Source of the DNA: Lama glama
Taxonomy: Eukaryota
Reading direction: 5' to 3'
NCBI GenBank assembly: GCA_028534125.1
Contig: CM052816.1
Span: 71,178,001-71,242,000 of the forward strand
DNA length: 64,000 nucleotides
This document shows positions 53,430-64,000 of this stretch, piece by piece; positions within the stretch are counted from its first letter, which is position 1, and the number at the start of each line of letters is the position of its first letter. Both the position numbers and the translations under genes were made by a program. The notes beneath the pieces were generated by a model. It worked only from the letters and a program-made list of their open reading frames with translations, had not been told where the DNA came from and made no database searches.

Positions 53430-54305
53430 CTGTTTTAAAAAAGTGGAAATATGATTCACATACCATAAAATTCACCCTTTTAAGTGTACAATTCAGCATT
53501 TTTTCATATATTCATAATGCTGTGCAATCATCACTACTATCTAATTCCAGAATATTCTTATCACCTCAAGGACAAACTCTGTACCCATTAGCAGTCACTC
53601 CACACTGCCTCCTCCCCTTACTCCCTGGAAACCAGAAATCAACTTTCTCTTTTATGGATTTGCCTATTCTGGACATTTCATATAAATGGAAACATACAGT
53701 ACATGGCCTTTGTGTCTGGTTTCTTAGCATCTTTTAAAGTTTATTCGTGTTGTAGCACATATCAGTACGTCATTCCCTTTTATGGCTGAATAATATTCTG
53801 TTGTATAGCTTTACCATATTTTGTTTATCCACTCATCACTTAATGGACATTCAAGTTGTTTCTACGTCTTGGCTATTGTGAATAATGCTAATATAAACTT
53901 TGTGTACCAGTTTTCATGTAGACATGTATTTTCAGTTCTCTTGGATGTATACTTCAGAGTGGGATGCTGGGTTACATGTTAACTCTATTTTTAACTTTGA
54001 GGAAATGATGAGCTGTTTTTCAAAGTGGCTACCCCACCTTATAGTCCATCAGCAATTTCTTATAATCTTGTTAACACATTTTATTGTTTATCTTTTTTCA
54101 TTTTAGCCAAACTAGTAGGTAATAAGTGGTATCTTATTGTGGTTTTGATTTGCATTTCCCAAGTGACTAAGATGTTGAGGGTCCGCGTATGCTTGTTGGC
54201 CATTTGTGTATCTTCTTTAGAAACACTAGTTCCTTATTAGATACGTGATTTGTAAACATCTTCTCCTATTCTATGGTTGTCTTTTCCCTTTCTTGGTGCT
54301 GTCCT
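53430..54305 (-). mobile_element. L1MB-type 3' end inserted into the L2
   Basis: ATTCACATACCATAAAATTCACCCTTTTAAGTGTACAATTCAG, CCCATTAGCAGTCACTCC and GATTTGCCTATTCTGGACATTTCATATAAATGGAA. Confidence 0.9.
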
Positions 54306-56577
54306 TGAGGCTCGAAACCTCCCCTGTATCTTATCAGTTAAAATTCTGCTCATCCTTCAAGACTGTTTTTAAGTTCAGTGTATTTCTTGCTAGTCTTTTT
54401 AGTGGTCTCAAATGTATGCTCTTTATTTTTTTTGCATGGGCATAGCAGTTGGTTAACATCTGCTATTGTATTTATAAAATATTACCTTCAGACAGTGTTC
54501 ATTCTCTTTACATTTGGATTCTCAAGATCAGCGACTGTGTTTTATACACCCTGTATGCTCCATGATGTATCTTCGCTTGTAACAGGAGTCCCCAACACAT
54601 TTTGTTCATTTATTAAACAAGCAAGGGCCAGTAGAGCTAAAAGACAGGTAGTCTACATATGGTGTAAGCATGAGGAGTATGTTTAAAATGACTTCTTCAC
54701 GTGAACAGACTTTTATGGAAACTGCTCTCTCCCAGGGTGGGGATGTCAGCGTGAGACAGTTACACTTGGATACCCTAAACAAGAATACCGACAGGAATTG
54801 TATTACCTAATATTACTGAGTTTACTTCTCAGCTAGATTTTTTTTAAGTAAACACAATTAAGAATGTTCTATTTATCAGCACACAACACAAACTGTTTTT
54901 GGCATGTTTCTAATCATATGTTTCCATAATTGCGTTTTCTTCTACTGTTCACAACTAGAAATTTGCTTTCTTTAAATGTGTGTTTTTAAAAACCACGAGT
55001 TCTTGATTGCTCACTTCTCAGGGCTAAATTAGTGTTAGTCTTCTTTCCCTTATGACTAGGTAATACTGTACTAATGAAAAACAGGGCCTCTTTATTTATA
55101 ATGGCCTTGGGGTCAATTATCAATTTATCATCATGTCCTGCAGATTTAAAATAAAATATGCTGTGCAGTATAACCATTGTACAAAATTGACACTAAGTAG
55201 ATTCTCTGAGTTTGGACTTAATAAAAAATACAAAGAGTACTGCCTAAAAGGTTTCTCCAACTATAAATTCTATTAGGTAGCTTTTAATACAAGACAGTAG
55301 GAAACTGAACAACTAAATTAGAGAGAATTTTTTTCGCTGCTGTTTTTTGTCTCATACATGTGAACCATCATTGGAGGACAGTTTGCTAATTCACAGAAGC
55401 AATATTTCATATCTTTATAATAATAATTCAAAAGCTGCCTAAATTTTTGCCTATGTCAATCTTTGTAATGATCTTAAAATACTCACATCCAATGTGAGCC
55501 TATTTGCACAAGACATTCTGTTAACTTTGAGGAATATATGCGTGCAGTATAAGGAGTAGTAGTTTCTTTTGTCAAAAATAGCTTAAGTCCTTCACACTTA
55601 CCAATTAATCCATATACAACAAACTCAGATCATGTTGAGACAATCCTCCTGAAAATCCGTGAGATGACACAAAGTTTTACATGTTAACTCCTATTGAAAA
55701 CAACTCTAATTCCCATGTGGGTATGTTAGTATCTGTGCTGAGACTCTGGTCCTGTTTATGTGAGATTAAGATCAACATATCCTGCCTGTGCACGTGTTAT
55801 TCGAGGCACAGCTTTAAGCCACAAACTCGATGAGAATGTAAAGGCAGAAACAGAGTTGAAGGTTAATTGTACATTTGAGAGTATGAGGTTGGTTGTTAAT
55901 TTTAAGGGACAGACTCTACCTGCTAAGTCCTACCCAATGGAAAAATGAGAAAATTCAAGGTACTACGCTATCAGTGTCTTGGCAGCAACAGCTCTATTGC
56001 AAGTGCTCAGTACCCATCGGTTATTCTTTTGGACAGCATACTTAGAGAACGTTTTAGTGGTCTCAAATTTATGCTTTTTTTTTTTCATAGAAAGTTCTAT
56101 TGGACAGTGTTGTTCTAGAAAGCTAGGGACCAATTCCTTTACACCTTAGAATTCATTGCATTTTTAGTGGCCTCACTTTTGTAGAGGGATTTAGGCTCAG
56201 ACCAGAATTGTTAATTCTGCCAATTTTATGTCCTTGTCTGCACCTTACAGTTAGTGTTCTTTGGTGAGAAAAGTAGAAATGGAATGTAAAAAAGAAATAA
56301 AGGAACATAAATGATGAGCAAGATATGAAGATACAGTATCTTAGTGATGCCAAGGGACTTTGACCCTTAGTTCAGAAGCTGTTTTTTTTTAAGAAAAAAA
56401 TATTAAACCCACAGAGCCCAAAAGAGCCGATATAAAACTAAACACTATATTGAGAAATTTTGTTAGTTTTAAATGGCTGCCAGAGCCATTTAAACATTAC
56501 ATATTTTCTCAATAACCAGTTTCTTATTTATAATTTTTCATATTAATTTAAGTAGTAACAAAGCATAAGAATATTAG

Positions 56578-56599
56578 TATATATGTGTGTGTATATATA

Positions 56600-56660
<61 letters not shown>
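56578..56660. repeat. (TG)n(TA)n compound microsatellite
   Basis: Directly visible. Confidence 0.95.
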
Positions 56661-58649
56661 CTCCATAGCCCTGTCATGGGAATATAAATAAAATAATATT
56701 AAGTTTCTATACTGATGTTTTCTCTAATTGGAAGCACTGAAAATATTTGAAAATACTCTGCTTTTAGATCATTTGTAGAATTCATTTTCTAATAAGCCCA
56801 TTCATAAAGCATATTAATATTGGAGTAAAGAAATGTCATTTCCAGAAAAAAATTCTTCTTTCAAAGAACCGCTTCTGGAAATGCATGTGTTACCGTGGTC
56901 ATCTTAGATTATTTATGAATTGTCATCTAGAAAATTGGTTTAAAGTAAACGTTGTTTAAAGCATTGTTTCTGTGAACTACACAGCTAATATTCTTCCCTT
57001 CATTTGCCAGGAGCAGCCTAGATGGGAAAGAGGTTTGGTTGTACGTATCTATTTCTTTTTAGTGATTTTTTTTCCACCATTTACTTTCAAAGTGGATCTT
57101 TAAAAAATAATTATAACAATATCTGGCTGCCCTGGAAAGAAAGGCTTTATATATTCATCAGTCCGGGGTAGCTTTCTTTGAAGGAATTACGTTCCCCATT
57201 AACCACTTTCAGTCTGGGTCTAAACGCTGGGGGCCGTTATGCAAAACACACCAACAGGTTGCAGAGACAGGGCAGGTTTTCACGCAGCACCTTCTGCTAA
57301 GCTGCCCCAAAGCACAGCACACCCAGGCCCTGTCTGTGCAGCTGATGAATGTACTTCAGGCCGGGCTAGGACGCGGCTCAGTACAGTTCTCTGAACGGTG
57401 ATAAATGACCACCTTTGTGTGAAATGGGTTAGGTGGGAGGGCCACCCTTTGACAAGGCAGAAAATGAAATGATTACTATTGGATTCTATTGACTTGTCTG
57501 GTTAGAACAGTTGTGCCTCTTCCTAGAGGTTAATTGGACTTGAACTCAAGAAATTAAGAGGTCAGCTGAGGTCACAGTGACAGCAGGCCCACTTTTAACT
57601 TGCTGCTAATAACATTTGGCAGAAGGAGGATGAATCGGGGAATTTTTAGTCTAGGAGCAGTTCAGTATCTCTAAGGGTAGGGTTTGTACAAATTATTAAA
57701 CAAACCTAACTTTGTATCACACACAAAACTTCAATATGTTTGCAGTTCCTACCGGGATACCTATATAACTGAATTTTCTTGAAACAGTAAACATTTGAAT
57801 ACTACATATGTCTTGAAGTATATAAAATATTCTTAGAATAGTTTTATTTTATTGAAGACTCTCCATCAAGAAACTTGGATTTAAAAAGAAAAGATTCAGA
57901 AATGCTTGAAAATAACATTCTAGTGTAGGTACTGGGGACGAGTTTTTCCCGTAACACTAAATGCTACGCATTCTTTATCATAGAAAATGTAAGGAAAGTG
58001 GAGTGAAGCATTTTACAATGAATACTGTAAGGCATATCCTAATGTATAAACTCTCTATTTCACATGAATGTTTGCAAGCTTCAGACGTTTTGATTTGAGA
58101 ATACGGTGAAACATTTGGCACTGCTTCCTGAAGATACCCCAGCTTAGTCACATGAGGCTTCCTTCAACTTCACTGTTCTTTTCTTGGTTACTTTACTGAC
58201 CCTTACTTGAGCTGACTCCATCACTTTCCTGTGTGGTACCTGCCACACTGGGGCACCCCACGTGGAGCCCGAGTGAGAGGCTGAGTCCTCAGGTGCTTTT
58301 CGAGGGGGAGGGGCATGGTGTACAGTGAGCCACCAGGGAGCAGAGAGCCACAGGGGAGACTTGAGCTGGGCCCGGGCCTTGCGGTCCAGATGGTGTGGAA
58401 CAAGGCACATCACCTAATTAATGGTGTGCTCCAGCAGCTGTGTAACTGGGGCGACTTGAGTGAGGCAGACAACACTGCTGAAGCTGCTCCCCAGCCTCCT
58501 GCACTGTGATCGGTCTGTGCCAGTCAGATACTTGTATGCACACCTAAGAAACTCAGGCATGATGGGGAAACGCTTTCGCTTTTTTATCCTGATCATAAAC
58601 CCAAAAGAATAACGCAGCTTTGGAGATCATGTAGACAATTCTCCTTTTT

Positions 58650-59287
58650 TTCCGCTTTGTTATAAAATTGTCATATGACATTATGTAAGTTTAAGATGTA
58701 AAATGTGTTGATTTGATACACTATTGCATCACAAAAGGATTACCAAGTTAGACTTTGAGAATACCTCCATCAGGTCACATAATTACTATTCCTTTCTCAT
58801 GGTGAGAACATTTAAGACTTACTCTCTTAACATCTTTCAAGTATGTAATACATTATTGTTAACTATAGTCATCAGGTTGTGCACTAGGTCACCAGAATAC
58901 ATTCATCTACTAACTAGAAGTTTGTGCTCTCTTTGACCACCATCTCCCTATCTCCTCCACCACCAAAGCCCCTGGTAACCACCATTCTACTTTCAGTTTC
59001 TACGCATTTGGCTTTTTTAGATTCCATATGCTTAAGTATAAGTGATATTATACAATGTTTGTTTTTCTCTGTCTGACTTATTTCACTTGGCATAATACTC
59101 TCTGGCTTCATCCATGTTGTTGTAAATGGGAAAAAAAAATATTTGCAAGCCAAATATCTGATAAGGGGTTGTTACCCAAACTTTTAAAAAATCCACACAG
59201 CTCAATGAAAAAAAAAATCCAATTAAAAAATAGGCAGAGGAACTGAATAGAAATTTTTCCAAAGAAGACATACAAGTAGCCAGCAGG
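58650..59287 (-). mobile_element. L1MA9-like element with 5' inversion (3' end on minus 58650-59128; ORF2 piece on plus 59129-59287)
   Basis: Antisense 3' UTR motifs (GGTGAGAACATTTAAGA, CTGACTTATTTCACTT) switch to sense ORF2 (AAAATATTTGCAA..ATATCTGATAAGGGG..TTTCCAAAGAAGACATACAA); TSD-like GACAATTCTCCTTTTT / GACAGCTCCTTTTT. Confidence 0.85.
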
Positions 59288-59499
59288 GACAGCTCCTTTT
59301 TCTAATAAAAACTTTAATTCCCTTATATGCTACCACTTCCCGGTAAGAGGTGAACCACAAGAAGGAACACGATCGTATCAAAGGAGCGTGGTATACTAAC
59401 CAAATTCAGCCATCTTGCTACAAAATCTCGTTACCATTTAACTTAATAAATTTCAAAGTCCCTAAAACAATCAGAAGAAATACGTCAGGTTCTGATATA

Positions 59500-59680
59500 T
59501 TCTATAGAGGAGAGAATGTTCTGGGCTAGAAATCGGGAACCTTTCATTCTCTGACACTTACTGAAAATAATCCTAGACACATCACTGAACTCTACTGGTC
59601 CTCATCGCCACCTGGAAAAGGAGGGCATTGGTTTCACTGATCGCTAAAAGCCCTTATAGTTTGGGAAATTGGAGGGTCTA
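59500..59680 (+). mobile_element. MIR3/MIRc fragment
   Basis: CTGGGCTAGAAATC..CATCACTGAACTCT..CCTCATC..TGATCGCTAAAAGCCCTT. Confidence 0.5.
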
Positions 59681-59683
59681 TGG

Positions 59684-59824
59684 CAGGAGGTCTCAACCCT
59701 GCCTGCACATTAGAATCCCTGGGGAGCTTTACATTGAATTAATCTCCAGGGTGGATCTGGGCATTGGTGTGTCTTAAAAGTTCCCCAGGTGATTCTAATG
59801 TGCAGAAAGGGTTGTGACCCACAG
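59684..59824. mobile_element. MER5A-type hAT MITE
   Basis: CAG..GGTCTCAACCCT.CTGCACATTAGAATC.CTGGGGAGCTTT ... AAAGTTCCCCAGGTGATTCTAATGTGCAG..AGGGTTG; self-complementary arms. Confidence 0.9.
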
Positions 59825-59859
59825 CTGTATGATATCACCCAACCCAGGCCATGCCCGTA

Positions 59860-60110
59860 ATTATAACACTACTCATATTTATAGGGCAGGCAGTACAGGC
59901 ACTGCACTTGTCATCAGTTATCTAAATTATGCAATCATTGCAACTTGCCATGGATTAGGTTTTATTAGCCCCACTTTACCCTGCTTTACAAGGAAGGAAA
60001 CTGAGGCTTATACAGATGAAGTAAGTCAGCCAAGGATGTCCAGCTAGAGAGAGGTCAGGATCTGAGCCTAAGTGGATGCTGGAGCCTGGGCTCCTAACCA
60101 CTGTACTGAC
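59860..60110 (-). mobile_element. MIR SINE
   Basis: AGGCACTG..TTATTAGCCCCACTTTAC..GGAAACTGAGGCT..CCAAGG..CAGCTAG..CAGGATCTGAGCC. Confidence 0.8.
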
Positions 60111-61287
60111 AGCCTGGGAATGTCTCTAGTCAGCTCCTCTACTCAGTCAGTGTTGCAGCTGCAATTTGCCGCTGGAAGTATCCATGTCTATGACTGATCT
60201 CTGCCATCTCTCTGTGCTGATGCCTCCAGAGACAAACTCCATCCTCCACTTAAACTCCCAGCCTTCACAGCACTCTGTTTGGACAAAAGCAAGATCTTCC
60301 TAGAACCTGAACAAATTAAATACAGGACTAAGGTGTCTTCCTATGAAGAGGAATATTGTCCTGATCAAATCCTTGGAGTCTTTGGTTATAAGGCTAAAGA
60401 TACCTAGTGATGCTGCAATCCGGGTCCAAGCTATTCATCAATGAAAGAATATTGAAACTTCTACTTAACTTTTTTGTTTCTCATTTAAAAGAGAAAAGTC
60501 AGGGTGAATCTTAACTAATCAGAAAAAAATTCAGTACCTAGTCTTCGCACCTATGAAGGCACAGCCTTTTAAAATTAGATTAAATAATTTGATGCAAATA
60601 TATGCAAATAGAGGCACATTTTGCATTTGGAGGTCCAGTGAATGTACCAATCATATTCACATTCATTGAAATATATTATTGTGAAGGCAAACGTTTCACA
60701 ATATTCAGGATAATTTATAATTGAACCAGCTAGTCACTTTTGAACAAGCATGTTTTGATGTTCCAATAACTGCTTGAAACTTTTAAAATAGGTCTTTCAA
60801 GTTTTTTTTTTTTTTTTTGCATATCCAAAGAAGTTAAATCATGTCAAGAGCAAAGAAACCTGAACTCCCTATTTGCTAGCTTCTTCCACAGGCATCTCAT
60901 GGAAGGAATGCTGGAATATTCTCTTACTGGTAATGATCATCAATCCTCCTCAGCTGTGTTGCTGCTCTTTGTGCCAGGAGGGTAACCCAACTGCTTTACT
61001 AAATCCCAACTCGCTTTAGTGAGAACTGAGCATTGGCCATCCCCTCAGCCTGGATGCCATTCAGAAAGAGGAGAAAAGCTTCAGCTCATATTTGAAGTTC
61101 GGCCCAGGTGGGCACGAAGGGATGTCAACACCCATGCATCGGTGCAGACCTTCCACAAAGACAGAGAAGGCAAATTCCTCTCCTTTGAACCATAATGCCT
61201 CTAAGTTATACTGCAGCCTGTCAACAAAGCATTAACATGTATTTTACCACAAGGCCTGATTGAAGGTGGGATAGCAGCTACAGCTGT

Positions 61288-61331
61288 TATATGTGTGTGT
61301 GTGTGTGTATGTATATATACACATATATATA
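61288..61331. repeat. (TG)n/(TA)n microsatellite
   Basis: Directly visible. Confidence 0.9.
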
Positions 61332-62042
61332 TTTAACCTCAATCTTTTAAAATAACAATTTACCAAAATACAGCTAGTAACTTTAGGGCATAGAAGCATG
61401 CTTTAAGTGATAAAACTGGCTTATTCATTTCACAAATAGGGATTCAATATCTTCTATGTGCCTATCCCTGTGCTGGGCACCGGGATAACTATGAAATTAT
61501 GATGTACGCCAAGTTGCAAAAGTTCTGTCTGGTTAACTAAAACATGTGCACTAATGTTTTTGCCAAGTTTTAAAACAGAGTGTTTGGTCACTGTATCAGT
61601 GAAGCCTGGACTTTTATGCCTTGTAGATTCACAACAGTGTTCTTTCCTGAGAATTCATAGTGCTTTATATACTTCTTTCATTGTGTCATTAAAATCTTAT
61701 AGAATGAGGAGGTTCTGGCAATACTATCTGTATGCTCAACTTGGTACTTCAGTGGTATTGCTCTCTTATGCTTTGAAGAGCAAGGACAACAGAGGAAACA
61801 CCGTTTCTCCATGACTAATGTTTAAAGGGGAGATGTGGCAATGCAAGACTGTCTTTCTTTTCCTTCTGTTTCCTTCCCTTTCTTTCCTCCCCTACCCCCT
61901 CAACTGAGTACTTGGAATCAAGTTTAGAATGAAATCCCTGAGGGTGTTTGAGAAGAGAAGAACTTGGAGGTTTCAGGGCAATAGCAGAGTGAGCGCGAGA
62001 GCAAGAAAGAAAAAAGGAGAGAGAGAAGTTGGATTGATGGAA

Positions 62043-62486
62043 TGTTCTGGATTGTATTTGCTCCTCCCCCAAATTTTCCTATGTTGAAGCCCTATTCCCT
62101 AATGTGACTCTCTTTGGATATAGGACCTTTAAGGATGTAATTAAGGTTATAGGAGGTCATAAGGGTGTGGCCCTAATTCAAATAGGACTGGTGTCCTTAT
62201 AACATGGGGAAGAAACACTAGACAGTGTGCTTGTTTGCTCTGTGTCACTTTCTCTCTTTTTCGTTCTCTTTTTCTTTCTCTCATACACAGAGGAAAAGCT
62301 GGGTAAGAAACAGCAAGAAAGCGGCAGCTGTCTGCAAGGCAGTTAGAGAGGTTTCATCAGAAACCAACCCTGCTGGCACCTTGATCCTGGGCTCCTAATC
62401 TCCAGAACTGTGAAAGAATAAATTTCTAAGATTTAAGTCACCTAGTCTGTGCTATCTTGTTATGGCAGCCTGAGCAGACTAGTACA
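62043..62486 (+). mobile_element. MLT1A-like MaLR solo LTR, full length
   Basis: TG...CA termini, perfect 5-bp TSD TGGAA (62038-62042 / 62487-62491), CCAACCCTGCTGGCACCTTGAT and CCAGAACTGTGA..AATAAATTTCT. Confidence 0.92.
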
Positions 62487-63499
62487 TGGAAGGAAGGCAG
62501 CTGTAGGTGAATGAATGAGAAGATGCTGTTGGCAGGGGACCCAAAATGACTATTACGAAAAGGAATGTCTTATGAGGGATTGCAAGGGTTTTTGTGCACG
62601 TGCACTATGCGATTCCACCTTGTGACCCCCACATCTTCAGTAGACCCTGCTACACTCATATATGCTCACCGTTTACCTTTTGTTTCTGTCCTCAGCAGCC
62701 AAGGAAGGGGCAGAATTTCATACCTGCGTAGACATAATGCAGACCAGAGGCAGCACACACAAGGAGGAGCTCAGGGGCAGCTGGGGCCCGGGGAATACAA
62801 GCTAGGGGCAGGGGTGACATTGCAGGAATCCGGAGGATAGATTTAGAATTTGGGCAACATCATCTAGACCAAGAGACATCTTAAAATAGGGATAAATTGA
62901 GGAACCTCAGAAATTATCTCTAATGCAATCCTTCAATTTAAAGATAAAGAAATTGGGGCTTTGAGAGGTGAGGACTGAAATATTCCTGTGCTGTATTCTT
63001 GGCAGCTGGAAAGTAGCAACAAGGTTTGGGAACTCCAAATGCAGAGCTTTTTTGTTTGTTTATTATAATACTGCTTCTCATTTGCTTTGGACCATATACA
63101 AAATTTTTTTTTCAATCTCTAGCCTTGTACCACCTCTTTACATTTCTCCATCTTACTGGTATTAATTTGATTTGAAAAATCATACAATAACTATGCCCAG
63201 TGTTGTTTGAGAAACAAAATAAGATTATTGGATATGAAACTGCCTTGCCAACTGTAAAGTTGTATAAAAATGTAGGGTGTTATTGTTACTTATTACTCAA
63301 CTGTGTAGTAAATTCTGTAAATATGTTCTCTTTCATCTGATGAGAGAAATTCAATTTTATTTTCAAACTGTTCAGACCAGGGGAATACAGTCTTCTTTAC
63401 TAGTGCAGGAAACATCATCGTTGATTTTTGTCAGAACACACACACACACCCCTAGTAGAAACATCCAACTCAAGAGGCAGAAAAATGGAAAGGTTCTGA

Positions 63500-63700
63500 C
63501 TTTCCATTTAAACAGGCTCAAGTTAATTAAATAGTTGCTTATCCTGGAATACCTCCCTAAGCATCTCTATGACTCAGTTGCCTCCTCTGTGAAATGGACC
63601 AATATTCTCTTTGCAGGGTTGCTGTGGAGGATGAAGGAGATAAAACAGATAAAGTGTGGTTTCCTGAGTGTCATTTACAGAAATACATCTCTGTATAACC
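63500..63700 (+). mobile_element. MIR SINE
   Basis: CTCTATGACTCAGTT.CCTC.TCTGTGAAATGG..CAGGGTTGCTGTGGAGGATGAA.GAGATAA. Confidence 0.7.
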
Positions 63701-64000
63701 CTTACAGAAACGACTCATCAGTGAACTGGGAATGACAGAGTGTTGCCATCACAGAGTCACCCAGTGGATGACAGGACAGCACACACATAGCAAAAGTTAA
63801 TTCCCTTCTTTTTAAAGAGAACCAATCTTAGGTAGACTTAATTTTGTGAAGTGAAAGAGCGCTTTTTTTTCATTCACAATGATATTAAGTCTTGGGTTCC
63901 TAGTTAAAAGAGCAGATACGAGAAATAAACAAGGCTAGGGTAACAAATATATATTTATTTTGTCAAGTGGGTGTCCAGTCAGCCCTTAAAGATGTTTACC

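Noticed and set aside
53384..54686. Run of overlapping plus-strand ORFs
   Set aside because: Antisense read-through of an L1MB 3' end and an L2
59684..59824. Long hairpin as a pre-miRNA
   Set aside because: Explained by the inverted arms of a MER5A MITE
1..64000. CRISPR array, operon, defence system, NUMT or processed pseudogene
   Set aside because: No repeat-spacer periodicity, no gene-dense ORFs, and no mitochondrial or mRNA-like sequence recognised; the window is mammalian non-coding DNA

Overview
AT-rich, non-coding eutherian genomic DNA, most likely from a camelid (camel, alpaca or llama). Two short tRNA-derived SINEs match the camelid vic-1 type, and I saw no Alu, Bov-B/Bov-tA, PRE-1, CAN or ERE elements. 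I cannot support any protein-coding exon, RNA gene, CRISPR array or prokaryotic-style system. All listed ORFs look like chance ORFs or read-throughs of repeats; the only recognisable peptides are decayed L1 ORF1p and the ERV-L pol C-terminus. The window is a mosaic of old transposable elements (L1M, L2, MIR, MLT1/MLT2, ERV-L, MER21, LTR16-like, and the hAT elements MER5A, MER20 and MER102), several nested with visible target-site duplications (TSDs). Between them lie repeat-poor blocks (~9.9-17.9 kb, ~34.6-39.6 kb) that read like an intron or gene desert carrying enhancers. The best non-repeat signals are a dense ONECUT/CUX-type motif cluster (12.66-13.17 kb), a PAX/homeodomain/FOX element (38.4-38.6 kb), a CpG-rich L2 (51.7-52.25 kb) and a 56-nt hairpin (51573-51628). 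Subfamily names come from my recall of consensus sequences, not from a RepeatMasker run, and most boundaries are approximate unless a TSD is quoted. I found no convincing new biological system.
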